In this document: piece after piece, positions 14,451 to 27,107 of the stretch
How the letters are laid out: every line of letters begins with the position of its first letter
How positions within the stretch are numbered: the stretch's first letter is position 1
DNA from: a bacterium
GTDB taxonomy: Bacteria; UBA8248
Direction of reading: 5' to 3'
Length of the DNA stretch: 64,000 nt
Assembly: GCA_965213685.1 (NCBI GenBank)
Contig: CBDBZY010000018.1
Span: forward strand, 448,001-512,000
Notes under the pieces: generated by a model
Seen by the model: the letters and a program-made list of their open reading frames with translations, nothing else
Database searches by the model: none
Told to the model about the DNA's origin: nothing
Made by a program: the position numbers and the translations under genes

Positions 14451-15057
14451 ATGTGACCGGATCTGCGAAAACTGACCACTTTGTACCCGCTATCGAAATC
14501 GAGATAGCGCAATGAATGATGTCATTGAGGTGTGGTCTAGGTCTGGTGAAAATTTGGAAGCGATCGCCTGTATAGTTTTGGAGATACAGTCCTTAGAAGC
14601 ACGGAGAGTCAGTGAATTTAGACGCACGTGTTTTCCAGAAAACGGGCGTTTATTGCGGTTGCTAGGGCGTGTTTTGCGTAGTCCGTATACTTCCGCGATA
14701 CTTACAGTTTTTACACGCGTACTCGTGTTTACTTGTAATCGACTGATTCTCCATACGATATAGCCATTGGGCAAGCTACAAGTCGTTAGCGTAGCTTGTA
14801 GATCATGTTCTTCGGCTTAGCAACGCACATCGTATACTATACTAGACTATAACTGGGCGCTCGAATAGGCTGCATGTTTCACGCTATAGCGCTCAAACGG
14901 AAGTGCTGATGACTGTCAAACTCCACCACGATGTAGCTAAAGGACCCAAGATTACAGTGGCATAATAAAAAAAGTTTGGGTCTGGAACTACATGACCACG
15001 TTCAAACGCCCGTATCTCTAATGTACATATTTTACAAGGTGGTCGGTTTTCATATGA
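14451..15057. mobile_element. Non-autonomous TIR element inserted in duplication copy 2
   Basis: Starts atgtgaccggatctgcgaaaactgaccac and ends gtggtcggttttcat; absent from copy 1 at ~10005; a related end lies at ~3000-3020. Confidence 0.55.
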
Positions 15058-15290
15058 CAATTCCTAAACCACAAACCACTGCTCTCTTCCTAATAAGGCA
15101 CACCCATACAGCCACCAGTTTGTGTGTGTGTGTGTGCATGTGCTGAGGTGCTTCAGTGTGTGTGTGTGTGTGGAAGGGAAACAGGGGTACGGAGGGGAAT
15201 GTACATGTACATGGGCCTCTACTAGCTGTGCTAATCTACATGTACTGCACCATGCAACAAAATTGTCTGTCTCTCCCCCCCCCCCCCCCC

Positions 15291-15395
<105 letters not shown>

Positions 15396-15602
15396 CTCTG
15401 ACCCCTCACCCCTCACTTCACTCCTCACAGATGCTGGATATCCTGGAACAAATAATCAAATCCAGAGGTTATGTACGTGAAGCACTGTATTTGCTGCCCA
15501 CCGACCCATATTTATGAGCAATCGATAACCGAGACACAGATACACTGAAGGTTTCCTTTGCTTGACATTTTTCCACCTGTGCTTTCTCTTGTGTCTGTTT
15601 GA

Positions 15603-16203
15603 GAGTGTATAAATGCTGGACTGGACTGGACTGGATTACTAATTTAAGCATGCAAGTGTATTGGGACTTGGGAGAGGGGTCTGCGGGAACACTGGAAGAC
15701 TTGCCATCACTTAATGCCCACTCTGGTCACCCTTTGCAGCCTCATTCTCAGGCCTTGCACTCATTTCCAGACAGAAAAAGCTACACATACACTGTACACA
15801 TACGCTATGAGGAGAGATTGGTCCGCAAATGAAGAGCACTGGTCTGCTCTTCATTGGTTAGAGACTGTTTACACACTAGGCAAGAAAATTTGGTTGGTGA
15901 ACAAGCCTCACTCGTAACTGTAATGAGTACTGTTCTACTGTGTGCAGGTGAGCTCTAAATGGTGAGTCTGGTTCCCAGACCAGTGCTCTCCATTCGTGGA
16001 CCAAGTTCTCCTCATAGTGCATGCATGTGCACCATGTCTGGAAACAAGTGCAAAGTCTGAGAATGAGGCTGCAGAGGGTGATCAGAGTGGGCATTTTGTG
16101 ATGGCAAGTCTTCCAGTGTTCTCCGCAGAGTCACTCTCTCAATACGCGTGCATGCTTAACTAGCTAGTCCAGTATTCCAGTCCAGTCCATAGTTTATACA
16201 CTC
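15603..16203. mobile_element. Foldback/MITE-like long imperfect inverted repeat
   Basis: gagtgtataaa..ctggactggactgg at the left pairs with ccagtccagtcca..tttatacactc at the right; inner arms (acactggaagacttgccatcac / gtgatggcaagtcttccagtgt) also pair; partial copy at 10170-10600. Confidence 0.75.
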
Positions 16204-17900
16204 CAGTTCAGTTTGCCAGTCTCTCTCTCCTGCCAGCCTGTCTATCTCTCTGCCTGTCTCTCTGTCTGTCTGTCTCTGTCTCACTGTCTGTCTGTTGTCT
16301 GTTCTGCTGTCTATTGGTTTCTACACTCTCGTTCTGTTTGCTTGTCTGCCTGTCTGTCTGCCAGTCTCCCTGTCTGTCTGTCTCTGTCTCCCCGTCCATC
16401 TGTTTGTCTGTTCTGCTGTCCCTATTGGAACTCTCTCTTGCCTTTCATATTTCTTTTTCTTCTCACCACAGAACAAGTATAGATGTGCCACTTCATTTTG
16501 ATGGTGGGTCAGTGGAATCTCCCGACTACAAGTGTGGCTACAAGTACACTGCAGGCAAGTATAGCAGCCTTTCATGCAGCCACAGAGAGCAAGCGGTGGC
16601 TATCTTCTCAGAGTGAGTGGTTCTGGTGAGATACATGTTCACTGCACACCTCAATCACTGATACTTGTCCACTGCAGTGGCTGTTCTCAGCTGCGTTGAT
16701 GGGTGGGAAGAGACAGTGAGGAAGGAATTACTGAAGCTGAGACAAGAAACATTGCTGACATCATGACTGCTTTTAAATTCATTGTGAATGTATGCTGTTA
16801 TGTACATATACATGTAATTAATTTTCTCCTGCCACTTCCTGCGCAACATACCGCGTATAAAGGGCTCACAGTGGCGTTTAACTCCATGAGTACTGATATA
16901 CATGTACATGTGCCATAGATATCCCATGGATGGGACTTTGAACTCGTGTGAATAGCAGATCCTTTGGTACGTTTATTGATGCGTAGCTCCACGGACGAAG
17001 AAGGAAAGGTCGACATAAAAACGATGGCCGTTTCGAAAAAGATGAACGTGTGAAGACGTGCGTTTCCAAGACGTTAGAGACTTACATGTACGCGTACCGC
17101 GTACTGCTGCGGGTGAGCTGCATAAGATGATCTACCAGCTTGCTGGACACAAAGGCAGAAGCGGCATTTCAGGAACCGAGCAGTGAGTGTGTGCTCTCAC
17201 TCTCACGCTGTTGACAGTCTCTCTCACTGACGGACGTTAGACATTAGACAGTGTTGGTGTCAGTCTTATACATGTCTACTCACTTGCTCTGCATACGCAC
17301 ATTATGCATACATATTGCTGTACATGTACATGTTACGTTGTCTCTACTACTGCTACATGTACCATCTTTCATTTTCTTGTTATACCTCATTCCTCTACCT
17401 CAAACTTTGTCTATTCTATTCCTATTCCTATCACATAATTATTGAGAGCCGCTAGTTATATGCACGTCTTGCGTATGCATGCACATTTCTATTTACTCTC
17501 TCCCTCCCTCCCTCCCTCCTCACTATCTCTGTCCTTCTCATTGACAAGGACATTTTGATATTTTAGTATTACTGCCAGTCAAAAGAATGTTCCAACATAC
17601 ACATATACATGTAAATCCTGTTGGAGAACAATGCTCTCTTGTCAGACTGTACTAACTGTTGTTAACTGTGATGTCATCTGTGTGTCTCTTTATAGCATGT
17701 ATAGTGATGTAATGGTGTAGGCTTATATAGAACTTTGTGTTGGCTGTGTAGTTCCAGCACACATGTTCATAAGAGTCAGTGCAATCACTTATTATCAAAG
17801 CCGAGTCAGTCGCAAGTGCTTCTCTTTGCAACATACCCATCCCTTAATTACACCATTCACATTTCACTTGGTATATTCCTTCCCCACAACCACATGCGTG

Positions 17901-17952
<52 letters not shown>

Positions 17953-18148
17953 AGATACAACCCCCTGTGACACCTTACCTTTTACCTTCACCTTCAGCTG
18001 ATACCAATTCTTCCTCTTCCTTCCCCCACTTCCCCCCTTTGTTCTTCATCCTTACCTTTCTCCCTCTCCTGCTCACCCACCAAGATAAGATACTATTCCA
18101 ACTATGTCCCTGCCCCATGCTGTGATGAGCTAGTGAGGTGGTGCCTAC

Positions 18149-21100
18149 CTTCACTCTCTCTCCTCTGCCGTTCTTCCTCCAACTTGGACCCACTCAGGAC
18201 ATTAGTTAGTGTCCACTTATCTTCCTCTTCACACTCTGCAGTGGAGGCAGAGATACATGTGCAGTTACCTAGGCAACCCTCTTGCCAGTAATTAGTGCAG
18301 TACTCCTCCCTCTGCCCACAGAGGAGATCACATTACATCATCCACTCACACCTGACATCCTGTGCATAGTGCACTATGTACCCACAGGGAGGACATGCCA
18401 CAGCCTTGTACATGTACATACCATCTCACCACATCTCCTACTGCTACTGCTGCCCACAGCATCACTCCAGAGTGAGCAGCGTGGCCAGTCCCCACTCCAC
18501 TCACTGCCACAGTGCCCATCATGCTGCCTACCACACTCACTCCACTCACCAAACTCCAGGACTGTGGTGTCAGAGAGCAGCGGCCAGTCATGTCCTGAGG
18601 TGTACTTGGTAGGGTTATCGGAGATTCCAGCCACAGCCACCACCAACTTCTTTGTAGGAGTAAGGTGGATCACTCCACCACCATGCAAGCACCGTGGAGT
18701 CAGGGATCCTGGGGGAAGGAGTACCTGTAGGGAGGGGAACAAGAGAACACTCAAATGTACAGCAGTCCACACAATTGTCTGCTGCTCCACTGCTTACTGT
18801 TGGCTGTCAGTGGAAGTGTGTTGTGTATTATCTCAAAGGCTGCACATCACCTCCTACACACCCACTGCATTCACTGCTCTCCAGTAATGGAGCAGCCCAT
18901 TCCTCACTACTCTCTCCCTCTCCATACCACACAACTCTACACCACATGACTTCTCTACATGCACTGCACACACTGCCATATGCTCTCCACATGCCAACCT
19001 CTATCCACTCACATGCCACGCCTACTCACCTGGGTTGGCTGCACAGGACAATACCACACACACCACAACACACCATCACTACTGGTATAGGGGCAGGCTT
19101 ACAAGGGGAAGTGTTCAGCTGAGCACTAGCCACACATGCAGTGTGAAGATCATTGCCACACAATAGCACCACTAAGGGGACATCAACACACTCACTGCCT
19201 CATGAGCTCACAGCTCACTCACCTCCTCCCACTGGATGGCGTTAATATTGAAGAGCCACACATCTCCCAGTGGCTCGCCTGATCTGGTCTCACCTCCCAC
19301 CATCACCATACATGGGTGAGGTGGGTCTCTGTCTGGATCCCACAGACTGTAGGCTGTGTGTCTAGTCCTCTCCTCAGGCCATGGCTGGCCTGTCTGAGGT
19401 AGCACTGGTCCAGTCCAGTGCTGGAGAGGGAGAACAATTTGAAAACACTTTGAGAACATGTAATTCACTCATGCTCCAGCTCAGTAAGGCACCCTCCCCT
19501 CTCTACACTGCCTGTATAGACTCACACTACTAGCTAGCCACACATGCCAGCCCATGTACATGGAACATGTACCTGCAAACCTCTTCTCCCATGCACACTA
19601 ACTGGCATGTACACTGTACATACATGTACACTGTATGTAGTTTACATGTAGATTCTGTCTCATCGTGATAAGAGCAACATCTTGTCCACTACTCTATCAG
19701 TTACTATGCATGTACAGACCACTATTGGGTTCCACCAGAGACAATATATTACTGTATGCATGTCCATATTCACGTGTGTATGCTCATATTCATGTACATG
19801 TGTGTGCATGTGATGGTGTCTTGTGCAGGGGACAGTGTCTCCTGTAGCACTGCTCTACATGTATGTACTGCCAGACCTGCCACTCCTCATTCCAACTCAC
19901 AGGCCATGCTCCCCTCTCTACACTGGCTCATGGCTGATGACTGAACACACACTCTCTTCCCTGCACTGACTCATACCAGGTATCTAGGCCCACACTAGCC
20001 TCACATCACATCATTGCAATCATATTACACTGATAGATAAATGTACACACATGGAGAAGGCACTAATTATGTGTTTTATTGTTCAAACAACTGAACTACA
20101 TAAGCAGTAGGCCACGGGTGATCTCAGACAGTACATTATTAATTAGGTACAACTATATCTCAGCCACTCACCCATGCCACAGTGTCCAGGATGAACACTG
20201 CATTTGTCCTCCTCCTCCTCTCCCCATCAAACCCACCAAACCACACGACTCTTCTCCTGTCCACTCTAGTGAGGGTCATGCTGTCAGATGGAGGAGGAGT
20301 CCTACCAGTGGTGGGTGGAGTGGACCACTGACCTGGAGGGGGAGGGAGGGAGTCGTCTGGGACTAGCCACACCCACTGGCCTGGGGACACTGTTCACATG
20401 ATCCACCAACACCCACCAGGTAAGGCACAAGGCACTCTGCTCCTCACAACCATCTACACCACTACATACTGACATGTACTAGTCAACATGTGAGGAGCTC
20501 TGCAATGCTCTCACTGTACTTGCTCTATTTGATTCTTTTACCATAAAATCGAACTCTGTTGCTGTTGGGGTAGGCGAATGGGAAATATGTAAACAATTAA
20601 CCTCTTATTCACAGACTGTAGTGGTATTGTGGGCATGGGAGTGAATACAGTTCATAGTTGACACAGAAGAGGTGCCTGGCTCTGCAATGCTCTGACTGTA
20701 CTTCATTTGAATATTTTACTATGAAATATTTTGTTGGGGCCAATGGGAACTATCTCAAATAAGTAAACATTGAAACTTCCTGTTTATCATAGACAGTGGT
20801 GTAGTGGTATTGTGGGCATGGGAATGAATACAATTCATAGTTGACACAGAAGAGGTGCCTGGCTGACTGTCCAAACATGAGCATGCCAGGCTGATTGCCT
20901 GACATGATACAGGTACATACATGTACATAGCAGAGGGTGAGGGATGTGACTTGTGTAGAGCAGCATACATAGTCACATCATTTGCATGCCCACCTCATGT
21001 GGTGAGAGGTAGCATGTCTGTGCATATATGTATGCTAGAATAACTGACATGGTTACCAGGTACACAGGAGGAGAGAGAGTGCTTCCTTACTAGGAAGCAT

Positions 21101-22688
21101 ACTATTACCATGCCTGGCCAGGCTGTGTGGGTGTTTCCCAACTGTCTATGATGGGGCACAGAGACCACCTCCACCCTAACTAACAGCTCCTCCTCAAGCA
21201 GCCACTGCTAGAGAGGCAGCACTGCAGCACAGAAGAGACAGCCTAGCACCAAACATTACTAACTAGAGGAGTGATGCAGCCGAGGAGGGCCTTGGAAACA
21301 AGAGAGACATGTCTACAGCAGATGAGCTCATATCAGCTCCCACGACTGCTCCTGAGACTGCACTGGAGGGAGAAGCTCGGCTGCAGTAGAGACACATTAT
21401 ATATAATTGCTTAAAAATAGATTGGCCTCTGAGACAATAGACAGGAGAGAGGTCCAGCTATGCAGTCCAGTTAGAGTTGATAACAACTCCTCAGCATAAG
21501 AGATTGTTCAGTGATAGTAGTAGACAGAGGGAACTGCAGAAATTCCATATCCATTCATATGCAGGGCACACTCCCACTAGGGGGTCTGGGAGAATGCCAC
21601 TGAGTGAATTATTGAAGTACAGACACTCTCAGATGGATTCTGAGGCATTCTGCAAGTAGTCATAGCCATTCCCATTATTTTGTTGGGGAGGGGGAGGGAT
21701 GAAGTTGCTTTCTTGTGGGAGGGGGTGATATTCTAGGCCTTTTCCTCCCCCTGCATGAACCCCTGCTGATTTTACAACGCAACTGTACCCCATACACATG
21801 GCCACATGTACAATCATGCATACCTTACTGCACGTAATGATATCCTAAAAATTGAGGTACATAGGAGAGGGCAAGGAAAAGGTATAACTGATCTGCAGCA
21901 CATGACCACACTTATGCATATTACATGATGCATTACCGGTAATTGGTTTCTAATCCTCAAGTACACATACTTTGAGTAAGGATGTCATGCTCTGGCAGCA
22001 ATCAGTTGTCTCTATCTGCACTGAGTGTGTGGTCTGTGTCTGGTGTTATTACATGAGGCCATGTGTAGAGGTCAGCTCATACATGCAGTGGACCAGTTGT
22101 AACCTCATGCACAGCATGTGAGGTAGAGTAAAGGTACTGACAGTCCATGCACACACCTGACTCAGTGTTGTAGTACAGGAGCTGATTGGTCCATCCTCGA
22201 CCATCACTGTCCAGTGGATCAGGAATGAAGCCTGTCATTGGCTGGTGGGTAGGACGTTCTGCGACACCTCCAGCAGTGAGTAGATGTCCATTAGGCAATG
22301 CAACAAGACCAGAGTTCGCAGTGCGTAGCATTTGGCCAGTGTTGACAATTCTCTTCCATACAAAGTTTTGGGAGTTGAAAACAGAGAGCTCATTGCAGAA
22401 GCCTGGGCCACCACAGTGGCCGCCCATGAAGTACACATTTGTGTGGTACGAGGTGACTGCGGCACCTCGGATCCATGATGGCAGCTCACCAGATGTCGGA
22501 TATTTCTTCCATGATAAGGTCACACCATTGAACATCTCCACTTCTCGTGGTAGTGTGAACATGCTGTGCTGGAATGACTTAAGCATGCCCCTAAACATCC
22601 AGAGTTGCGAGCCAACCGAAAATGTTGGTGCATCATAACGTTCCTCAGGCTCATATGAGCCAGTTGGCTGTGCAGGAGGCTCAGCCAT
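18149..22688 (-). CDS. Kelch-repeat beta-propeller module, five coding exons (22688-22157, 20332-20172, 19420-19223, 18724-18550, 18235-18149)
   Basis: ATG in gccATGg just after an acceptor. Kelch motifs VYFMGG, LLTAGG, VVWFGGFDG, MVMVGG with L..F/YN....W ends. All borders are AG/GT and phase-compatible (1, 0, 0, 1) with no stops. The last exon (LEEERQRRESE) ends open in phase 1. Confidence 0.88.
20497..20864 (+). repeat. Two tandem copies of a ~183-bp unit in a Kelch intron
   Basis: ctctgcaatgctct...ttcatagttgacacagaagaggtgcctggct occurs twice. Confidence 0.75.
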
Positions 22689-23779
22689 GGCTGGATCTGG
22701 GGAGAGGGGGGAGGGGGAGATAGCCACTGAGTGAAGTTTTAGCCATGACAATACACATTTGTAGAAGTACACATGTATATGTGAACATCTTTCAGGTCTG
22801 ATTTGAGACAGTGGAACAAGATTGTAAGCTACAAACACTTGTAGTACGTGCAGCATGTGCAGTAGGCATATCTCAACACACGTGGGTATCAGTGCACTGG
22901 GCAGTGCTTCAAACTGTGTAAGGCAAACTAGGCAAATGCAGTCCAGTGTTGTGGCCAGGCTCACACCACTTGCAAGAGGTTGCTAAACTGAGAGAAGAAA
23001 CCCCTTTATGTAGCCTTACCATCTAACTAGGTACTGAGGTTTCTATGCACAGTGGGGGAAATCCCATGATGTATTGTACTATGAGCTAATCCCATCATGT
23101 GATGGATTTCATGGCTGCACACAACGACATTCTGGGGCCATCTCATGCTGCTTGATGTCTGACCTTTATCACTCTTTGCTAATGCTAGACATGTACCTCA
23201 AAGGGTGAAGTTACCATGAAGATACTATGTGTATACTGTCCACAGACCATTACAGTTGCTGACATGAGGAATGAGGAGCAGGAGTTTTGTGCAGTGGGTG
23301 GAGACCTGATGCAGCAATGAGTGAAATACTATGCACATTGAAGGAATGTCAGCGCATAATGATAGCGAGACCTGGCATGTAGGGGTGGGAGTATAGAGCA
23401 AGGAATGGTGCCCTAACAGTAGCGGGTTCAAGCGGTAGAAACGTCTCATTTATTAGAAACCAAGTCAAGGGGCGATGGCTACTCTGAGCGTTACAGTCCT
23501 ACTGTTAGGGGAGAGGCTTGCTATGGTACACAGAGGGATGTATTCTGAGCCAAGGACTGTCCGCTGAGCGGGGCAAAGGTTAGGGCCGCGCTTGTATATG
23601 TGAGAAAGCAAGTGACGCTCGGACTGGCAACGGGGAAAGGATGCTCGGATCATCCGATGTGTGACGGAACAAGGTCTGAGAGCTAGGCTTGACACTACTC
23701 TAGTCCTACCATGCAATCACAAGAGTGACAAAATGTCTAAAGGCTCTTGCCACTTGTTCCCACAGAGATACACATTGTG

Positions 23780-24180
23780 GCTTCGCGATCGCTGCCGGCC
23801 GCAGCGCTTATGATGTATGCAAAGGTAGGCGGAGATCTATACCCCGCGCAAATTCTAAGCCTTTGGCCGTAAACTTATTATGGCTCACTCTTTTCTGGGT
23901 TCTCCTAGCCAGTTGAATGCTCCCTTTGTTTTATCTTGCACGGCGAGGTTCACTCCGATCTGCCCCACCCTTTGCTCGATAGTTTCCTCTTAGTATACGG
24001 ATATACGCGACGTTGAGTCTCATGCAAAACCGGAAGTTCCGTGGGGAATATTGCTCAGCTCACATGAGGGTGACAAGCCAGCAATTCGAAGGCGCCGGCA
24101 AAACGCTGTGTTTCTGAGGTGAATATTGAGCTATGGCGTCCAAGACTGTCACTTTTTTTCTACTGTCTCTCTACTGTATG
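23780..24180. promoter_or_regulatory. CpG-rich putative promoter of the Kelch gene, with a likely non-coding first exon on the minus strand
   Basis: CpG-dense patch in a CpG-depleted background; CCGGAAGT (ETS-type) at 24030-24037; minus-strand donor aaga|gtgagc near 23890; matching acceptor ccccag| at 22697 just before the ATG. Confidence 0.5.
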
Positions 24181-24332
24181 GCTCGATCTGTTGTCTTTTA
24201 TTCATTAATTTTGTCGTATGTTTGCTAGTTTGCGAACATTGAAGCGTCGATCCTAGTCGTTTTTTTTTTTTCCAGCACATTTGACGGCTATTGTTTTTAC
24301 GTCAGCTCTCGCTTGCTTAGATGCTCCAGATT

Positions 24333-24364
<32 letters not shown>

Positions 24365-24819
24365 ACACGCACATTTTCGCCATCCACGCCTACTAAAGAG
24401 ACACGTGAGTTACTCAGTACACGAATCAGGCGGCAAGTATTCATAGCGCCTAGTGTAGCTCGCCTCCTATCAAGAATACTATTGCTAAGCATAAGTATTC
24501 TAGCTATTTGCCTTGAGCGAGCCAAACGTATTTTCCGTGTACGCATGCGCTCGAGACTATAACTTTTGACGTTGCGTGCTCGTGTTCGCAATGGTTTGCC
24601 ACAATGAGAGTCAGGCCCCTTGTATGAACTACATTCCGACTCTTCTGCATAATTATTATTATAGGCTGTCACTTTCAGGCCTGATTTTTCTTTCCGACTA
24701 TACTTTTGTTTCATGCATATTTCTACTATGATCTCTAGAGGTGAATAAAGTGGCAGGTGAGAGGGGTATAGCTATGACAACAAAGAGTCGGTACAGCGTA
24801 GTACATAGGAAAACGACAC

Positions 24820-27065
24820 AGACCATTTTGGAATACACATCAGACTTGTTCTCAAGCCATCTACTATGCACCCAAGAAGCTCAAAACCTTGTTGAAGAAT
24901 GATATGGAGATGTGCTCATGCAGACTTTCCTCTTGCACAGCAACTACTTTTTGAAGTAGACTGGGACAGGATCATTACAGATGATGTTGACTCCTCATGG
25001 CTGAATTGGCAATCCAAATTCCTTGAAATAATGGAGATCTGCATCCCCAAAAAAGTACTTCCCTCTAAACACCGCAACCTTCCATGGCTAACCAAGAGAA
25101 TTGTGCGGGCAATGTGCCGAAAAAATGCTCTATTTAAACGGGCCATGAGAAGTAGAGCTGATTCTGACTATGCCAAATACCGTGAAGCAAGGAATAATGT
25201 TGTGAGTAGTCTCAGATCTGCCAAGAGTGCCTACTCTCATAAACCATCTAATTCTAAGAAGTTTTGGCAAGCAGTGAATGTCTCAACAAGAACTGCTCTT
25301 CTATCCCCACCCTGACACTTAACAACGTAAGTTATGAGTCAGATGAAGACAAAGCTGCTGTTCTCAACTCACATTTTATCAGTTGCTTCAACAATACTGT
25401 TGAACCATTACAAGTACCAGATGAAGAAACATACATTTCTCACCAAGTCCCTGTGGATCTGTCCAACATTATGTGCAGTGAAGAGGAAGTTGATGCAATG
25501 CTTCATTCACTTGACACTACTAAGGCAAATGGCAAGGATGGAATTTCAGCTCGAATGCTCAAGGAAACTGCTGCTGCAATTGCTCCTTCAATAACAAAAC
25601 TCTTTAATTTATCTATCCAACTCTGTTGTGTACCTTATGCCTGGAAAGATGCAATTGTTATGCCTATTCCTAAAAAGCAGGGTGCCAAGACCCCCACAGA
25701 ATTTAGACCAATATCTTTGCTCCCAATTCTAAGCGAGGTCCTTGAAAGACACTTCTATTTGCTAATCTCAGAGCACATAAGTGACCACTCTCCCCTTTCT
25801 ACCTGCCAATTCGGCTTTCAGTCTGGGAAGTCTACCATTTCTGCCTTACTGTCAGTGACACAGGACTGGTTCAGACAGCTGGAGAAGAGACAAGAGATAG
25901 GGGCAGTGTTTTTTGATTTAAAAAAAAAAGCTTTTGACTCTGTTCCACATCTCCCACTGGTTGATAAGCTTTATAAACTTGAACTTCATCGTTATATCAT
26001 TAAATGGGTTCATCACTATTTAGCTGACAGAAAACAGAGTGTGGTGGTGAATGGAGCATCATCAAACCCATTAAGAGTTACATCTGGTGTGCCCCAAGGA
26101 TCAATCTTAGGTCCACTACTCTTCTTTACATTGACGATATTTCACACATCTCATTATCTGAGGGATCTAAACTGGTTCTGTATGCTGATGACATTCTCCT
26201 GTACCACCCCATTTCATCGCGATGGGACTATGAATTACTCCAATGTGATGTAGATGCTGTGCAGGCCTATGCTTCTACTCAACATATGACCCTCAATACA
26301 ACCAAGTGCATATTCATGTTGGTGTCTCGAATGAATAGGCCCAGCATTCCAATTGTCACCATCTCTCTCTATGGAGTACCACTTGAGAACGTCACCACTT
26401 TCCAGTACTTAGGTGTACTGCTGTCTTCTGCTCAAGTCACATACAAAAAAAACTTGTTCAAAGGCAAGGCAGCTATTGGGACTCCTTTATAGGAGATTTT
26501 ACAGACATTCAAGTGAACAAACTCTACGTCAACTCTACATTTCAGTAGTACTTCCACATTTGAAGTATGGTTCATCCGTGTGGTCTCCCCATCTGCAAAA
26601 GGATGTCACTATGTTGGAAAAGAACTCAACATTTTGCTTGTAAAATATGCACAAAACTATGGGATTCCAACTACTATGAGCTCCTTGACTGACTTCGAGT
26701 TCCAACCCTAGCTAATCGCAGGCTGCACACTGACCTGTGTTTGCTGTATAAGATCGTCTATGGAATAATATACTTTCCACCTGACATAATCATTCCTAGT
26801 GCCAGGGTCACACACAGTACTCACTGTCACTTACTTCACCAGCCATTTGCACATGTAGATGCCTACCTTAATTCTTTTGTTCCTAGGTCTATATCTTTGT
26901 GGAACTCATTACCTAACTCTGTTGTATCCTTATCCTCTTTCACTAGATTTCAGTGTACTTTATCATTATGTACCTTATAGGGTACACATTCTCATTAGCT
27001 CCTGCTACTCTGTGTATCCATGCTCTACAACTAAATTGTCTTAGAAATTGTCATAGAAAAAAAAA
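24820..27065 (+). mobile_element. Degenerate 5'-truncated CR1/L2-group LINE (reverse transcriptase ORF2)
   Basis: KANGKDGISARMLK, FRPISLLPILS, QFGF, VFFDL.KAFDSVPH, SGVPQGSILGPLLF, then frameshifted LYADD; several frameshifts; A-rich tail at 27057-27065. Confidence 0.92.
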
Positions 27066-27107
27066 GTAATGCAGAAAAAAGACAACGTGTACTGCAATTG
27101 TTTAATG

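Noticed and set aside
22697-22964. N-terminal extension of the 295-aa Kelch ORF
   Set aside because: Lies upstream of a clear acceptor at 22697; the likely start is the ATG at 22688.
23465-23716. Possible recombinase or RT fragment
   Set aside because: No recognisable motif on inspection; probably first-intron sequence.
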